Shown piece by piece: positions 1 through 11,902 of a stretch of DNA of 64,000 bases. Numbering within the stretch: position 1 is the stretch's first letter; each line of letters opens with the position of its first letter. Position numbers and translations under genes: made by a program. Source of the DNA: Hemiscyllium ocellatum (taxonomy: Eukaryota); assembly GCF_020745735.1 (NCBI RefSeq), contig NW_026867441.1, forward strand, positions 541,951 to 605,950, given 5' to 3'. The notes beneath the pieces are model-generated. The model was not told the origin of the DNA. It made no database searches and was given only the letters and a program-made list of their open reading frames with translations.

Positions 1-73
1 TCTGACAGTCTGTCTTCTGATATTGCTCTTGGTAGAATCCAAACAACTTCATAACCTCATTAGAAATGGAGAT
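1..73 (-). pseudogene. CEP350: CEP350-like exon near the C-terminus (runs off the window edge)
   Basis: Acceptor ttctatccacag at 74-85 (minus) is followed by ISISNEVMKLFGFYQEQYQKTDCQ. This resembles the recalled human CEP350 segment SFIASEVLKLFSLKKEPNHKTDWQK. Confidence 0.75.
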
Positions 74-1425
74 CTGTGGATAGAAGCACAGGAGAAATGG
101 CAGTTGTTGCACACACCCTAAATACACAGACAATATCCTTCCCTAAATTGGTCAGTGAAGCCTTGGACTCTTGGACATTTGAACTCTTCCCCCATTCTGA
201 ATGATGTAAAATTGGATGAAACTCAAAGCATGTTCGATTAAACAAAAATCTACGGAATGCTTGAAAATGTAATGATAATTGAAGTGAACAATATCAGTGA
301 GATCCAAAAGCATATTCAAAACAACTTTAAGGAAATATGCAACACTCCCAGACTGTGAGAAGGTTTGACATTTTACTTTGCCTCAGACATAGACTGAGAA
401 ATGATTAATTATTCACCTAACGATTCACTGCATTACATGGTTCAGCACTTTGCCAACAGCATCTTCTAAGAGGTCTCTGCTCAGGCAAATTCCAAAAATG
501 TTCCACCTTTATAATAGACTGGAGGTAGTTAACTCAAGATCAGCGCTGTGGGAAGTCTCACCATAAACATTGGGGCTGACGTGGATTCATACAGCAGACC
601 CAGCATTTCAGGAAGGTCAAATCATTCTCAGTTTAACAGATGAGTTCATCTTAACTTCAGTTCCTGAAGTTCAGAGTGAGATGAAGTAATACATTGAGTG
701 GATAAGAAAAGGAATTACCCCTGAAATTGTAAGATCCTAATCAGATCAGAGAAAAATGCCACAAAGTATTCAAACATACAGGCCATTTAAAGTGATAGAT
801 ATGGAAATTAAAAGAAACCTGGCTCTTCCAACTGCACACAAACAATTTAAGCCACATTAAGTTGCATAAGATCTTAGAATATTTTGGTCAATTTTGGGAA
901 CCTCAACACAGCACAAATTCAGACTGAAAAGTGCAACCTTTAAGGCTTTCTTCATCTGAAAATTATGGAGTGACCTGTGGAAGATAAGATTCTGGAGAGT
1001 TTTAAGAAGATGATTAATAACTATATAGTGTATTATCAACCAATGGAAAAACAGAGATGATACAGAAGAATTCAAAAAAAATGAGTGACTGGAAGAGACA
1101 CCATATATTATGTAAATAGAAACAGAAAATATAGATTCTCCGAGTGGGCAAAGTTGTGACAGATGGGATTTAATGAAGAACAGGATGATGATGATGATGC
1201 TAAATTAATAATGGGAGAGTACAAACAGTGGAGGAGAAAGTGGTTTGGACTTTTAGAGAAGGGGCAAAATGGTAAATTGAATTCAATGCAGTCATCCGAA
1301 TGTCTTTTAACATGCTGTTATACATATCATCAATCAGAGCTGCTGTGGAGCACTATTAACCCATAGCTTTCTTGCTTAACTGAGAAAAAATAAGTTTGTG
1401 TTCAAATGCAAAAGCTGGATCTCAC

Positions 1426-1803
1426 TTCACAAGAAACTCTTTTGCTCACACTCTCTACATCTTTCCATTTATTATTCTCAAGATCGTCTGGGAGTATTTG
1501 TAGATTTCCTGGATCGTGGCCAAGATCCTGCAACTTCCTCAGCCCCTGCATGAACCATCATCTCAACCTCTAAAGCATCATGATGTACAGCAAAATGAGG
1601 TTCCCTTTGGATTTTGAGAGGCATATCCTTCATAGACTGGGCCTCCTGCACTGGCTGCTGCACTTTGCTAAAGCGCAGCCCAAAGTCCTCATCAAACCAA
1701 TCTTGGTCATCTACCAGGTCATCGAGCATCTCACGACTCAATTCCAACTCTGCCAGGTGTTTGGCCAATTCTTCCTGCCCACGTGAGCCAAACATCAGGC
1801 CGC
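1426..1803 (-). pseudogene. CEP350: CEP350-like exon, frameshifted
   Basis: FGSRGQEELAKHLAELELSREMLDDLVDDQDWFDEDFGL matches recalled CEP350 FGASGQEELAKRLAELELSREFLSALGDDQDWFDEDFGL. After a frameshift near 1540, LQDLGHD...DVESVSKRV matches WKELGHD...DIESTSKRV. Donor GAA|GTGAGA at 1426/1425; the acceptor is degenerate. Confidence 0.88.
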
Positions 1804-2791
1804 CTTGTTGCAAAGTACACAAACTGTTGGTCAATCTATAAACTGAAGGTCAGGAACAAAAGTGATGAAATTCATTTCAAAACATTAATGAACAATACAT
1901 GGTTTTAATAAACTTTGAAATCAAAGCATAAAAACGGCAGACAAACAAACGAGAACCTTCTTTTTATATCTCAGAGTATGTCTGACGACTTAGACACAGG
2001 ATGGAATTCATTTTATAGGTAAACACAAATATCAACAAATCAGAAGAGCATGTGTCAGTTTAGTCAGGATGTTGCTGTGTCAAATCAAAGTGACCCAAGC
2101 TCCTCTTTGTGATTTCCTACACTGAATGCTCAGAAAGAAATGGACAGTATGAGAACCTGTCAAACACTTTCATGAAAAATGCTACTAGTCCAATGAATGT
2201 TAATATGTGCAAACCATAAATACTTCTGTTCTTCTAATCAGATGGTCATTCAGTCTCTAGACTTTGCTTCAGAACACTACGCTGGAAAAACAGTGTGTGC
2301 ACTAAAAAAGCCAGAGATTGAAAAGCATGATTCAAAACTTAGTTTCAAAGATCCTCTTTAAAAACACTGCCTTCCTTGAACCGAAGGTCAGAAAAGTGCA
2401 GGAGGAAAAGGGTTTGAATTTCAATAGCAATCTTTCAGTTCTGAACTCAATAATTACACAGTGGAAATGGTCACTAAATCCTTGAGAAATAATCAGGCTA
2501 CTCACACATACTTCGAGAATTGATGGGCAAGGTAGAATACACCGAGACACCAGAAATTTTAAGAATATCCCCCACTGCTTGATTTTATCACCCACAAATT
2601 TATTTCACAATTTATCAAGATATTCCTCACAACAGTCTTTTGGTAAAGGGTCCTTGGGAAAGGGGAACACTCAGGATAATTTCTAAAAATGATGACCTGC
2701 AACAGGTTGCTGAAAAAAGTGGAGTTGTATTTTGACATATTGTCTGGGAAATAATGATAATCCTATAAGTATGTTAAAACATGGTACTTAC

Positions 2792-3447
2792 AGGTCGAGG
2801 ACAAAGATCTGAAGATAATACTTCCTCCTTATCATCATCACTTTCAAATGTGTCCAATGGGATATCAGTCTTGTGTTCCTCCTGGAAGGTGACCTGGGCC
2901 AGGATTCAATATCCAATTTGAACTGGAATCATTGATTAGTGAGCCAAACCTTCTCAGCTACAGACTTTGTGATTTCTTGCAATTGTTCAATAGCATCCTT
3001 GACAAAGGAAGATAGTATCATATCAACCAAAGAATTGGCCTTTGAATCACTGCTCTTCAGATCATCTCCGTTAAAGTCTTCACTATCCTCACGATTGTCC
3101 TTGGGTTCCTCTCCTTTAATGTCCATGTGCTCCTCATGAAATTCCTCAGATTGAGGCTCGAGGAATGGTACTTTAAATTGAGTCTCGAGTTGGTCCTTTT
3201 CCCTGTTCAGTAAACCCAACAGAGGAGTTGGAGTTCTTGTGGATACTTAGTGAAAAGTCCTCCCTTTGTGTACTGGAAGAACACACAGACACATCAGCGT
3301 TAATATTGGTGTCTGTCTCCAGTGCTGCCTTGGATGCCTTCTCTCTGAACACATCAGTCCATTAATGTTTTCTTCATTCTTGTCTTTATTCAAGTTTGCC
3401 AATCGGTCCTCCTTACCAGACTTGGGCAAGCTCTCTCAAGTTTTGTT
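2792..3447 (-). pseudogene. CEP350: CEP350-like large exon, 5'-truncated at the ERV LTR
   Basis: LLNREKDQLETQFK, FVKDAIEQLQEITKSVAEKVWLTNQ, DDDKEE and SSDLCPRP match recalled CEP350 REKNQLEAQLK, FVKDTVNQLQQIKKTRDEKIQLSNQ and EDEKEEISSPDMCPRP. There is an in-frame TGA at 2929-2931 plus frameshifts. Donor CCT|GTAAGT at 2792/2791. Confidence 0.85.
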
Positions 3448-4088
3448 TGAGAAAGTCTATAGCCTTAAAACTTGTCCTGAAACTTTTAGACTAAAATGTA
3501 ATGTTGAATTATAGAACACATTTGCTGTCCACAGAAAATAGAGAGGCTGGAGGGTAAGGCAATTAAGAACATTTTCCTGAGCATCAGAGAATCTGCATGA
3601 AGAGGACACCAAGTGATAACATTCACAGCTGACCCTTTGTGAAATTAATAACTTGGTATCAATTAACTTCTCTCCCAAATTATTGTCCTTCACTGTTATC
3701 TGCCTCATTTAGAACAAGCAGTGCTTTTGTTAACTTTTTGTCCAAAGAAAGCCTATTCTTGACAGTACAGCGTATGTAAACATTCGTATAATGGTAGCCT
3801 GTCTGTGGTAGTACAGAGTAACCTGCCAGGGCTCTTGAAGGAAGAGCGATATCCTACTCTCCTGGGTTTTTAGAATCCAGTCAGCCTGGCTTATAGGTGT
3901 CAGTGTTATGTTGGAACAGCGATACTCTTAGTAAATTAAGGGGATGACTAAAATTAAACTAAACTGTCTGGAAGAGGTTAATGTTTTATTCCAGACTTCC
4001 AAAAGTACGATCTCCGGGATGAACCAAGGGGCTTACAGGTTGAGTTCACAAGGGATTCCCTGGGCAATCTCAAATCTGTACTTTATCA
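3448..4088 (+). repeat. ERV 5' LTR
   Basis: Begins TGAGAAAG and ends CTTTATCA, directly followed by the PBS. The 5' ~210 nt resemble 10252-10560 and the remainder resembles 11530-11902. Confidence 0.85.
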
Positions 4089-4091
4089 ATT

Positions 4092-4111
4092 TGACGCTGC
4101 GAGCAGGGTTC
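4092..4111 (+). promoter_or_regulatory. Primer binding site, probably tRNA-Ser
   Basis: TGACGCTGCGAGCAGGGTTC lies 3 nt after the LTR. It differs at 2 positions from the recalled complement of the tRNA-Ser(TGA) 3' end, TGGCGCAGCGAGCAGGGTTC. Confidence 0.7.
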
Positions 4112-4368
4112 CAACAAGGGGATGTGTTTGAATGAAACCGGAAAAGAGGAGCTTCACCCAAGGGTCGGTCTCAATTGCTCTCTGTCTGTTTCTTTGTGTG
4201 CTGCTTCCCCCATTTCATTCTCATGGTACCCGGACAGAACCCAAAATGAGATTGTTTAAATAGGTACTAAAAACAGAATCTTGTGGGGTTAGAGGCCCCT
4301 GTGTTTTGTGGGGTTGGAGCCCCTGTAGATCAGCAGTTCTGTGAAGATTTAAAATAAATAGGATAAAT

Positions 4369-4991
4369 ATGGGTGCACATTAAAAGTGAACAAGGGATTT
4401 GGGGAAAAAAGGGAAGTAAACAGAAAGAAGCCATATCAGCGTGGGAAAAGGTAGATAGGGAAAAATTGAGAAAAAGCGATGCAATCATCATGGAGACAAA
4501 ACTGTATTACGAGGGGAATTAGTCCATTAACTGAGGAAGGATCTGAACTAGATTGGACAGAACTAAAATGCAAATGTGAAGCACATGATTTGGAATTGGC
4601 GATGGAGAAAATAAAACAAAGTAAAGGTTCAGAACCTATGCTGAAATGTCAGGGGTCCCAAAGAAAAGGGAAACCGGTGAATAAACAACAGACTGCAGCT
4701 GTAGCCGCGCAGGACCAGACTGACGACAAAGACAGTTCCTTATACCCCACCTCTCCCAAAGACCCATTACTAAAGAATCCTGATCCATCTGCGGATGAGG
4801 AATGGGACACTGATACAGAGGAGGAAATATTTTACGCCTCCCGTCCTGTCAGCCGACTTCCTCCGGGTCCCCCCTCAAAACACACCCACAGTACGGCCAA
4901 GGCAAACACACTGCATAAAACAAAACATCGCCTGAACTCCCCTCCCCACTCTGAGGATGAACGTGCTAAGGGCCATGCCCTTCCCCAATGA
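4369..4991 (+). pseudogene. gag: ERV gag N-terminal (matrix/p12-like) remnant
   Basis: MG start at 4369 after the leader, a basic W/K-rich stretch, then the proline/acidic ORF 4479-4991. No capsid or nucleocapsid motif seen. Confidence 0.5.
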
Positions 4992-5574
4992 ATCATTTGT
5001 CCCTGTGTGTTAGGAGTGCTACAGTTGCACTGATAAGGGAACTGAAGGCCACTGATTTTGATCAAATCTAACTGCTGCTTTTAAAACCAGCTTGTACTCT
5101 TTAACCAGATGGTGAAAGGATATGATGCCTTGCTGAAAGAACCGAAACCTTGTTAGTTTTTCCAAGAGAAGTATTTCAGTTCGACTTTAAAACAACCAGA
5201 ATACAATTTAAAATTTCGATGAGCAGGATTAGATCAATGTACAGGCTGGCAATTCCAACGCTGACTCCTAATTAGTATTTACCGTCTGTGGCATTTTACA
5301 GGTACCGTGGATTCACAACATCCCAATGGATCTTGGGGTCCTCCTCTGTATCCTCCCCAACAGTCCACGATGCCCCTTACCCCTTATACATCCTCTCACT
5401 AGTCTTCACTACCTCCCCCAGTCCCTCGAGTCCCCCAACAATCACACATTTGTTTCAACCGTAATCAACCTGGACATTGGTCCAAGAACTGCCCTTTCCC
5501 AAAGCAGCCCCCGGTTGATCGCCGGAGTGGAAGCAGCTGGCAACCTCCTGGTCACCCTCCCCAGGGACCTCAGC

Positions 5575-7560
5575 AGGTTTGCCCTTTTATTGCACAAAAC
5601 CCTTTTCCATCCTTGACACCTGTGCTATAGCGGTTCTTACCCAGCAACATGGCTCCTCTTGGTGCCCTGCTGCCTATTACTCCACTAAGCTTGACCCTGT
5701 TGCACAGGGTATGCCTTCCTGCACCCAGATTCTCCCCACCATCCATCCTATGGTATTGGCTGCCTCTAATATAACTTTACATCAAAATGTAGAAGTCTGT
5801 ATCTCGCATTCCGTGGTATCCTTACTTACTTCTAAACATACTCAACACCGAACTGTGGCTCATCTAAGTTGCTATGAGATTTCATTACTTTAGAATCCAC
5901 TTCTCCCCTTTAAATACTGCTGTAACATTAACCACGCTCCATTCGATGGTTCTTCTTCTATATCTCCAGAGGGCAAACACATGTCAGGATACACGATTGT
6001 CACTTTGTCCCATCCAACAGAAGATTATTCCGTCGATCCACCCTGCCCCGCCCAGCAAGCTGAACTCCTTGCTCTCACCCCTGCCTGCATACTTGCTGAA
6101 GGAAAGTCAGCTCATATCGATACTGATTCCCTTTGGATGTGCCCATGATGAACTCTGGCAGCAGCACAGCTTCCTTATCTCATCAGGAACCCCGAGCCTC
6201 AATGCTGCCTATGTTGCTAATCTCCTCAGTGCTAATCAACTTCCCTTTCAATCGGCAATTGTCAAATGTTCGGCTCACTCCTCTGATGCTGCCGATGTCA
6301 CTAAAACCACCAATGCCGCTGACACAGCTGCTGAGAAAACAGCTTTTGAGCAAAAAGACCTGGTTACTCAAATGACGAATCAGAAACCAAAGGGAGACTC
6401 TCCGATTTCCTCTTCTCACACCCCGACCCTGCCTGACCTAGAAGAAATTTGGATCCATCAAGGGGACACCTCTGATGAAGGAAAACAAAAATGGATGAAC
6501 CATGGTTGTTATGTAAATAGCTACAATAAGCTTTGGGTTACGCTGGTAGAATAGACATGTCTGCCCGATTCACTTCTGCCTATTCTAGTTGATCATGTTC
6601 AAATACATGCACATGGAGTTAAGGAGGGAATGGTGGACAGAATTCTCCAAACTTGGTGGAATCCCCACCTGCAAGAAAAATCAAAACAAACAGCTTCAAA
6701 TTGCCAAATTTGTCAAAACATTAATCTCAGGAAAGGAGTGAAGTGTTCCCCAGGTGAAATTCCCTTGCCAAGTGCACCTTTTGACACGATCCAGTGAAAT
6801 TTTAGACAGTCACCAAGATGCCATTGTTATAAGTATTGCTGAGTGATAATCAATGTATTTAATAAATGGATTGGAGTTTATCCCTGCACTGACTGCACAG
6901 CAACAACTACTTGTAAAATTCTGTTAAGGGAAATCATACCCAGATTTGGAATACCATTAATGGTCTTTTCCAATAATGGCTCCCACTTCTGTGCGGAGCT
7001 AACCACGCCACTATGTAAGAGTTTGAATACAAGTCAGAAATTCCATTGTGCCAACCATCTCCAAGCAGCGGGAATTGTAGAAAGAGCCAATTGTAATTTA
7101 AAAGGTCAGCTCAGCAAGTTGGTGAAAGAAACTGGTCGTAATTGGCTTCAAGTATTCCCAAATGCCCTTTTTAATATGGAAAAACCATGACATAGAAAAA
7201 GACGGGATTCTCGGCAGCTGAACCGATATATGGAAAGCTCCTGAGGACTCCCTGGTCTGCACCATTAACTCCCCAACACCCTGTTGATGGGCATATCATG
7301 GCAGAAGAAATGCACACGTACCTGATTAAGCTGACCAAAGCATTGCAGTCATATCAACTGGTCAAAGCAGCCTATCGAGTACCAGGGAAGGATGAAGAGC
7401 GAGCTCCAATGTTTAAAAACATCAACCCTGGTGACTATGTACGATTGAAAGACTTTAATCATCAAAAATTGGGCCCTCGCTGGAAAGGTCCTGATCAAGC
7501 TCTTCTGACAACTGAAACTGCAATAAAAGTAGATGTTCAACATAGGTCGATAAAGGACAT
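5575..7560 (+). pseudogene. pol: ERV pol remnant: RT connection, RNase H, integrase
   Basis: Motifs [45 protein letters not shown] zinc finger, REIIPRFGIP..SNNGSHF, AAGIVERAN and PGDYVRLK..LGPRWKGP. Confidence 0.9.
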
Positions 7561-8066
7561 CGCAAGCTTGTATCCCCCTCACAGTCCTGTGTTAGTACTG
7601 ATACAGGTATCCGACGAAAACCGAACCCAAGTACATATGTCCAGATGTAACCAACCCATCTATGATATCTCAGACTGGCTAAAACTCCAATGTAACTGTA
7701 TAAATGAAACCTGTACTAATACATTGGAAGTTATGAATGCAGCTGCCCAGCTGAAACTCAGTTAAACTGCTCACATTTTGTATCCAAATATCACTCTCGA
7801 CCTTGTCATCATCCTCGCAACACTTCCATGCCAGCCATCATGAGATGGCACAATTCCATAACCTCAGCCACTCCATCAACCGAAAACTGTTACTTTGAAA
7901 TGTTTGTCTGTTCCCCTCAAAACGAACCGTACGGATTGCAGTATTGAGCACATAGTACCAAAATCACCAAACCCTCAGGCACCTTTCGCCATGAGACAGA
8001 CAACCTATGCCTTCTCAATGGCATCTTCTCCTATCCGAACTACCACCAGTGACAGAAATACCCTTA

Positions 8067-8803
8067 CATAGGTTCCTCGTTAATCTAAATATCGGATTAT
8101 CCGAAGGTGATTTTAAGGTCCCGATGAAACATTATATCAAAGAGCGATTTCAATCCTGATCACGTCTTCTGTTTACAGGTACAATGATTAGAAGCAAACT
8201 CGGCTCACTAAATGCTGCCAAGGACAGTCATGAACAATCCAGGCACCATCTCCAAATGGCTGACCTCCTGCCCTCTCTCTCCCTGGAGTTCTACACAGGG
8301 GTGAACGCCAAACCCCGCCCCCCCCATCCCCAGATTATCACTCCAACGTTGCCCTGTACAGGGCAGAGGCAGAACCTGTCAAAATGTTGCGCGCGCTATT
8401 TGGAGACTTATCCCACAAGGGCAGCAACAGTCTTACCGTTGGTGTACAGTCCGGCTGCCCGATGGCAGGGAGGAGAGGGGGGGGCCGTCGGGGGTTCGGA
8501 CGGTAGGTGGGGATGGATGGGGGTGCAGAGTTGGGGGAGTGAGGTTGGGACCGGGCGAGGGGGGCGGGCTGGGATCGAACGGACAATGGGGTTGGGTTTG
8601 GGGTGGGGGGGGGGATGGGCAGGGTTGAGGGCAGTGGGGTTGGGGGCAGACAGGTTCTCGCAAGCAATGTGCTTTTGCTGACAGTCTCCTGATCAGGGAT
8701 CAGACTTCACAGACCCAGAGGAAATCAATTAACCAAATAATCAATCAATTATCTGAATGAAATAGTGCCTGCCTCTCTCGCTTGGATAATCGAGGTTCCT
8801 CTG
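8067..8803. mobile_element. Non-autonomous Tigger/pogo-like DNA element inserted in the ERV
   Basis: The right end is the reverse complement of CAGAGGAACCTCGATTATCC followed by TA (8804-8805). The left end is TA-CATAGGTTCCTCGTTAATC (8065-8085), a diverged TIR. The interior is GC/G-run rich and has no transposase. Confidence 0.55.
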
Positions 8804-8899
8804 TATACAGTTCCTATATTCAATAGCTACTGTAATTCAGACGACATGCTGGAAAGCTGAAGAAAGATCAAAAATACTATGTACTCCCAATCTCCCATC

Positions 8900-10000
8900 T
8901 GTTACCAATGGTTTCTTGATTCAAGCTAAACCCTTGATCCGTGTGTTATTTGCTCACTCTTCCATCATTCTGATGTCCAGTGTACAAATGGGACTCACAC
9001 ACTAATGCAACCCCTCATTTACGCTGGCAAAAACCCATTCGGTAGAAGAAGCACGTCGCTGTGTGAAGTGCACTAACAAACGTCAAGGATTCAACGTTAA
9101 CGTTGTTCAGCTGTTAGAATGGTGCACTGAAAGAACTTTTGGCACTCACGACATGGGGAACGTGAAGCCAGCACTGTGTAAGAATGTTATCAAAGACACT
9201 GGTGATACTCCTGCTCTTCATTCATTAATACACTTGGACATCCAAACGTTTGATAGCACCCACTGTTTACAAGAGTCAGCTGTTGCCTGAGTGGACTCAT
9301 CATTCACTCACAGAAGTGCGCCTTTGGAACTCCTTTTAGCCTTCATTGGCGATGTGAAAACAAAGGCTACCCATATCTACCCAATGACTGGTACCAATGT
9401 TGTGCCCTAGTACAAAATTTACCATTTGTTACCCTCCACCATGAAGTACCTGAGCTAGGTGATGAATGAACGCCTACCAACATGTGAAGCAGTATGGAAC
9501 AAAATGTAGAGGAAATACAAACAGGACTTACACAACTTTCCATCAATAAACCTGGTGATGCAAGTTGCTGGGAGGCCTTACTCCTGGCTGGGATGTTGAG
9601 AAGGCCCGAGATCAGATAACTGACCTTGCGTATGACATCGAAAAACTTGCCAACTCAACTGCCCACGCTTTGAAGCTGGTGAACAAAGAGGTACAGGAGA
9701 CCCGGATAGTAACACTTCAAAATTGGCTAGTGCTACATTTCCTCCTTGCTAAAGGAGGAGGTGCTTGTTCTGTTATTGGCCCGCAATGTTGCATCTACAT
9801 CAATGATTTCTCTAAAGACATTTTGGACAACATAGATGTTATCAACAAAACGGGTCAAGGTGCAGGGAAGATACCTGCCCCACCGTCGTCCGATCCATAT
9901 GGATAGAGTGTTAATTGCTGGCTTTGGTCGCTGTGTGGATGGATTGTGTGGGAGGTACTGATAGTCCCCGGTCTCATCCTCGGAATATACAGTGTCGTCC
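8900..10000 (+). pseudogene. env: ERV env remnant (gamma-type TM)
   Basis: ORF 9565-9906 has a heptad, an immunosuppressive domain-like LQNWLVLHFLLAKGGG and CSVIGPQCC (CX6CC). A hydrophobic anchor remnant follows. Confidence 0.85.
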
Positions 10001-10251
10001 ACTTGTGCATGGAATGGACCATACATTCCTCTTTGGCTAAGGCGAAAAGCAATCTTGTTAATCGACCCTTGCCTACCCTGTAGCTCCACGTCTGAACGTC
10101 TCCACTGAAATCCAGTATCTTTCCGCTCTGATCCTCCGGACAATGACTCGCAAGAGGAAGCACTCAAATTATTGAGAATACAAATAGACTGAATGGACTA
10201 ATTATACTTGTATAAGCTATGTAGTTGTCATGAAATGACAAAAGGAGGGAA

Positions 10252-10809
10252 TGAGAAAGTTTATAGCCTTAAAACATTTCGACTAAATGTAATGTTGAAT
10301 TATAGAACACATTTGTTGCACAGTAGAAAATAAACAGGACAGCCAGGGAGGCACCAGGCCACAAAAGGGGGAACCCAGGATGTGCAGAAGATAAAAACAT
10401 CTGTTCTCACCAAGTGGTAACAGGATGCTCCAAAGTAATTAAGAACATTTGCCTTAACAGCAATGAATCTGTGTAAACAGGACAAAGAGTGATAACATTC
10501 ATGGGCATTCACCTGTGAAATTAATGACAGTGTTTGATTCTGATCTCTGACTTGGTATCATCCTGCAAGCATGTCAAAAGCCTTGTAATTAATGGTCAGG
10601 TCATAGCAATTATACTGGATTCTTATTACCCTTGCAGGCTCGGTAGACAGAAAGGGAAAAACATTATTCTGTTACAGTCCCTAACCTGGGTGTTCAAAAG
10701 GACACTAGAGAGAGAGTGAGAGAACAACATTATAATGCTGAAATTGCCAAAGCCAATAAAAAATTAACTGTGGTTTGGTTTGAATGCACGCTTACTTGTT
10801 GTGGATTCA
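10252..10809 (+). repeat. ERV 3' LTR
   Basis: Preceded by PPT AAAAGGAGGGAA (10240-10251). Begins TGAGAAAG, has AATAAA near 10755 and ends GGATTCA. Confidence 0.7.
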
Positions 10810-11033
10810 ATATAGAAAACAGGTGCAGGAGTAGGCCATTCGGCCCTTCGAGCTAGCACCACCATTTATTCTGGCTATGGCTGATTATCCACAATCAGTA
10901 TCCTGTTCCGGTGTTATCTCTATAAGCCTTGTTTTGAACTTAATTGCATTTTGGGACTTTATGATTATTTTGAGAAACCATCGTATAAAATGCAAATTCT
11001 GTAAAAGGTAATGCTGACAAAGCTTTAACTTAC

Positions 11034-11116
11034 TTGCTGTTCTTACAGACCATGACTGCCCCACCGTCAATTCTAACAAGCCAGATCGATGTCCTCTTTG
11101 AATTTGAATCACAACC
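11034..11116 (-). other. Orphan internal exon (83 bp)
   Basis: Strong acceptor tttttttcttttcag| and donor AA|GTAAGT. Two frames are open: VVIQIQRGHRSGLLELTVGQSWSVRTA and GCDSNSKRTSIWLVRIDGGAVMVCKNS. Confidence 0.55.
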
Positions 11117-11290
11117 CTGAAAAGAAAAAAATGTCTAATTCGAGACAAATGAATCATTTGAAATACAACCTTACAGAAACAATTCAGCCTCAGGTTCAGA
11201 ATGATTGTTTTCTTAAGATAAAAAGCAAGAGTCTGCTCCTAGTTTAAAAATTATTCTAACCCAACATTGAAGAGATTCTGACACAATCTA

Positions 11291-11902
11291 TGAGGAAGCC
11301 ATTTTTTACAGTCAAAGTTTGCCTTCCCTAGCTAAGAAGCCATTTTGTGAAACATGAGACCTGACATGCGAGGTTACCTTATGACTTCTCCCACTTAGTT
11401 TTGACTGGTGCCTCCTTATAGAAAGGACTTGTCTCACCAACAGGTGCCTGACTCGGCTGAAACTGTTTTTCCCACCTGATGGATGACTACGGGCTGTAGG
11501 AGTGATCAATTAGGCACACACAGACCTGTCAATTAACTTCTCTTCCTTATGAATTATTGCCTTTCCAATATTGTCTGTCTAATGAAGTGTTTAAGTCTAA
11601 TCAAACGCAGTGTTTTTGTAAAATTTTGTATAAAGGAACCCTGTTTGTGACAGGAGAGAGCTGGTCACTACTCTCCTCAGGTTTTAGAACCTTAACTAGT
11701 TTGGCTAATAAGTACCAGTGTTATGTTGTAACAGTGATGTTATTGGTAAATAAAGGGGAAGACTAAAATTAAACTAAACTGCAAGACTTTTTTATTCCAG
11801 GCTATGCCAGACTCAGTACGATCGCCAGGACAAACCAAGAGAGGCTTACAGGTCTGAGGTCACAAGGGATTCCCTGGGCCATCTCAAATCTGTACTTTAA
11901 CA
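11291..11902 (+). repeat. Solo LTR related to the ERV 5' LTR
   Basis: TGAGGAAG...TACTTTAACA. The 3' ~370 nt align by eye with 3660-4088. No clean TSD (tcta versus tcag). Confidence 0.75.

Larger units (their letters stand above)
3448..10809 (+). mobile_element. Defective class I (gamma/epsilon-like) endogenous retrovirus
   Basis: Order is LTR, PBS, gag remnant, pol remnant (RT connection, RNase H, integrase with GPY/F), env TM with CX6CC, PPT, LTR. Many stops and frameshifts. Confidence 0.9.

Noticed and set aside
1-2800. Plus-strand fragments superficially resembling a bunyavirus L protein (possible endogenous viral element)
   Set aside because: The similarities were short, required many frame changes and were not colinear. 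The region is better explained by minus-strand CEP350 exons with proper splice sites and AT-rich introns.
10252-11902. A single 1.65 kb 3' LTR
   Set aside because: The interval contains an LTR-like end at 10809, a CR1 tail, a spliceable exon and a second TG start at 11291, so it is two LTRs separated by genomic DNA.
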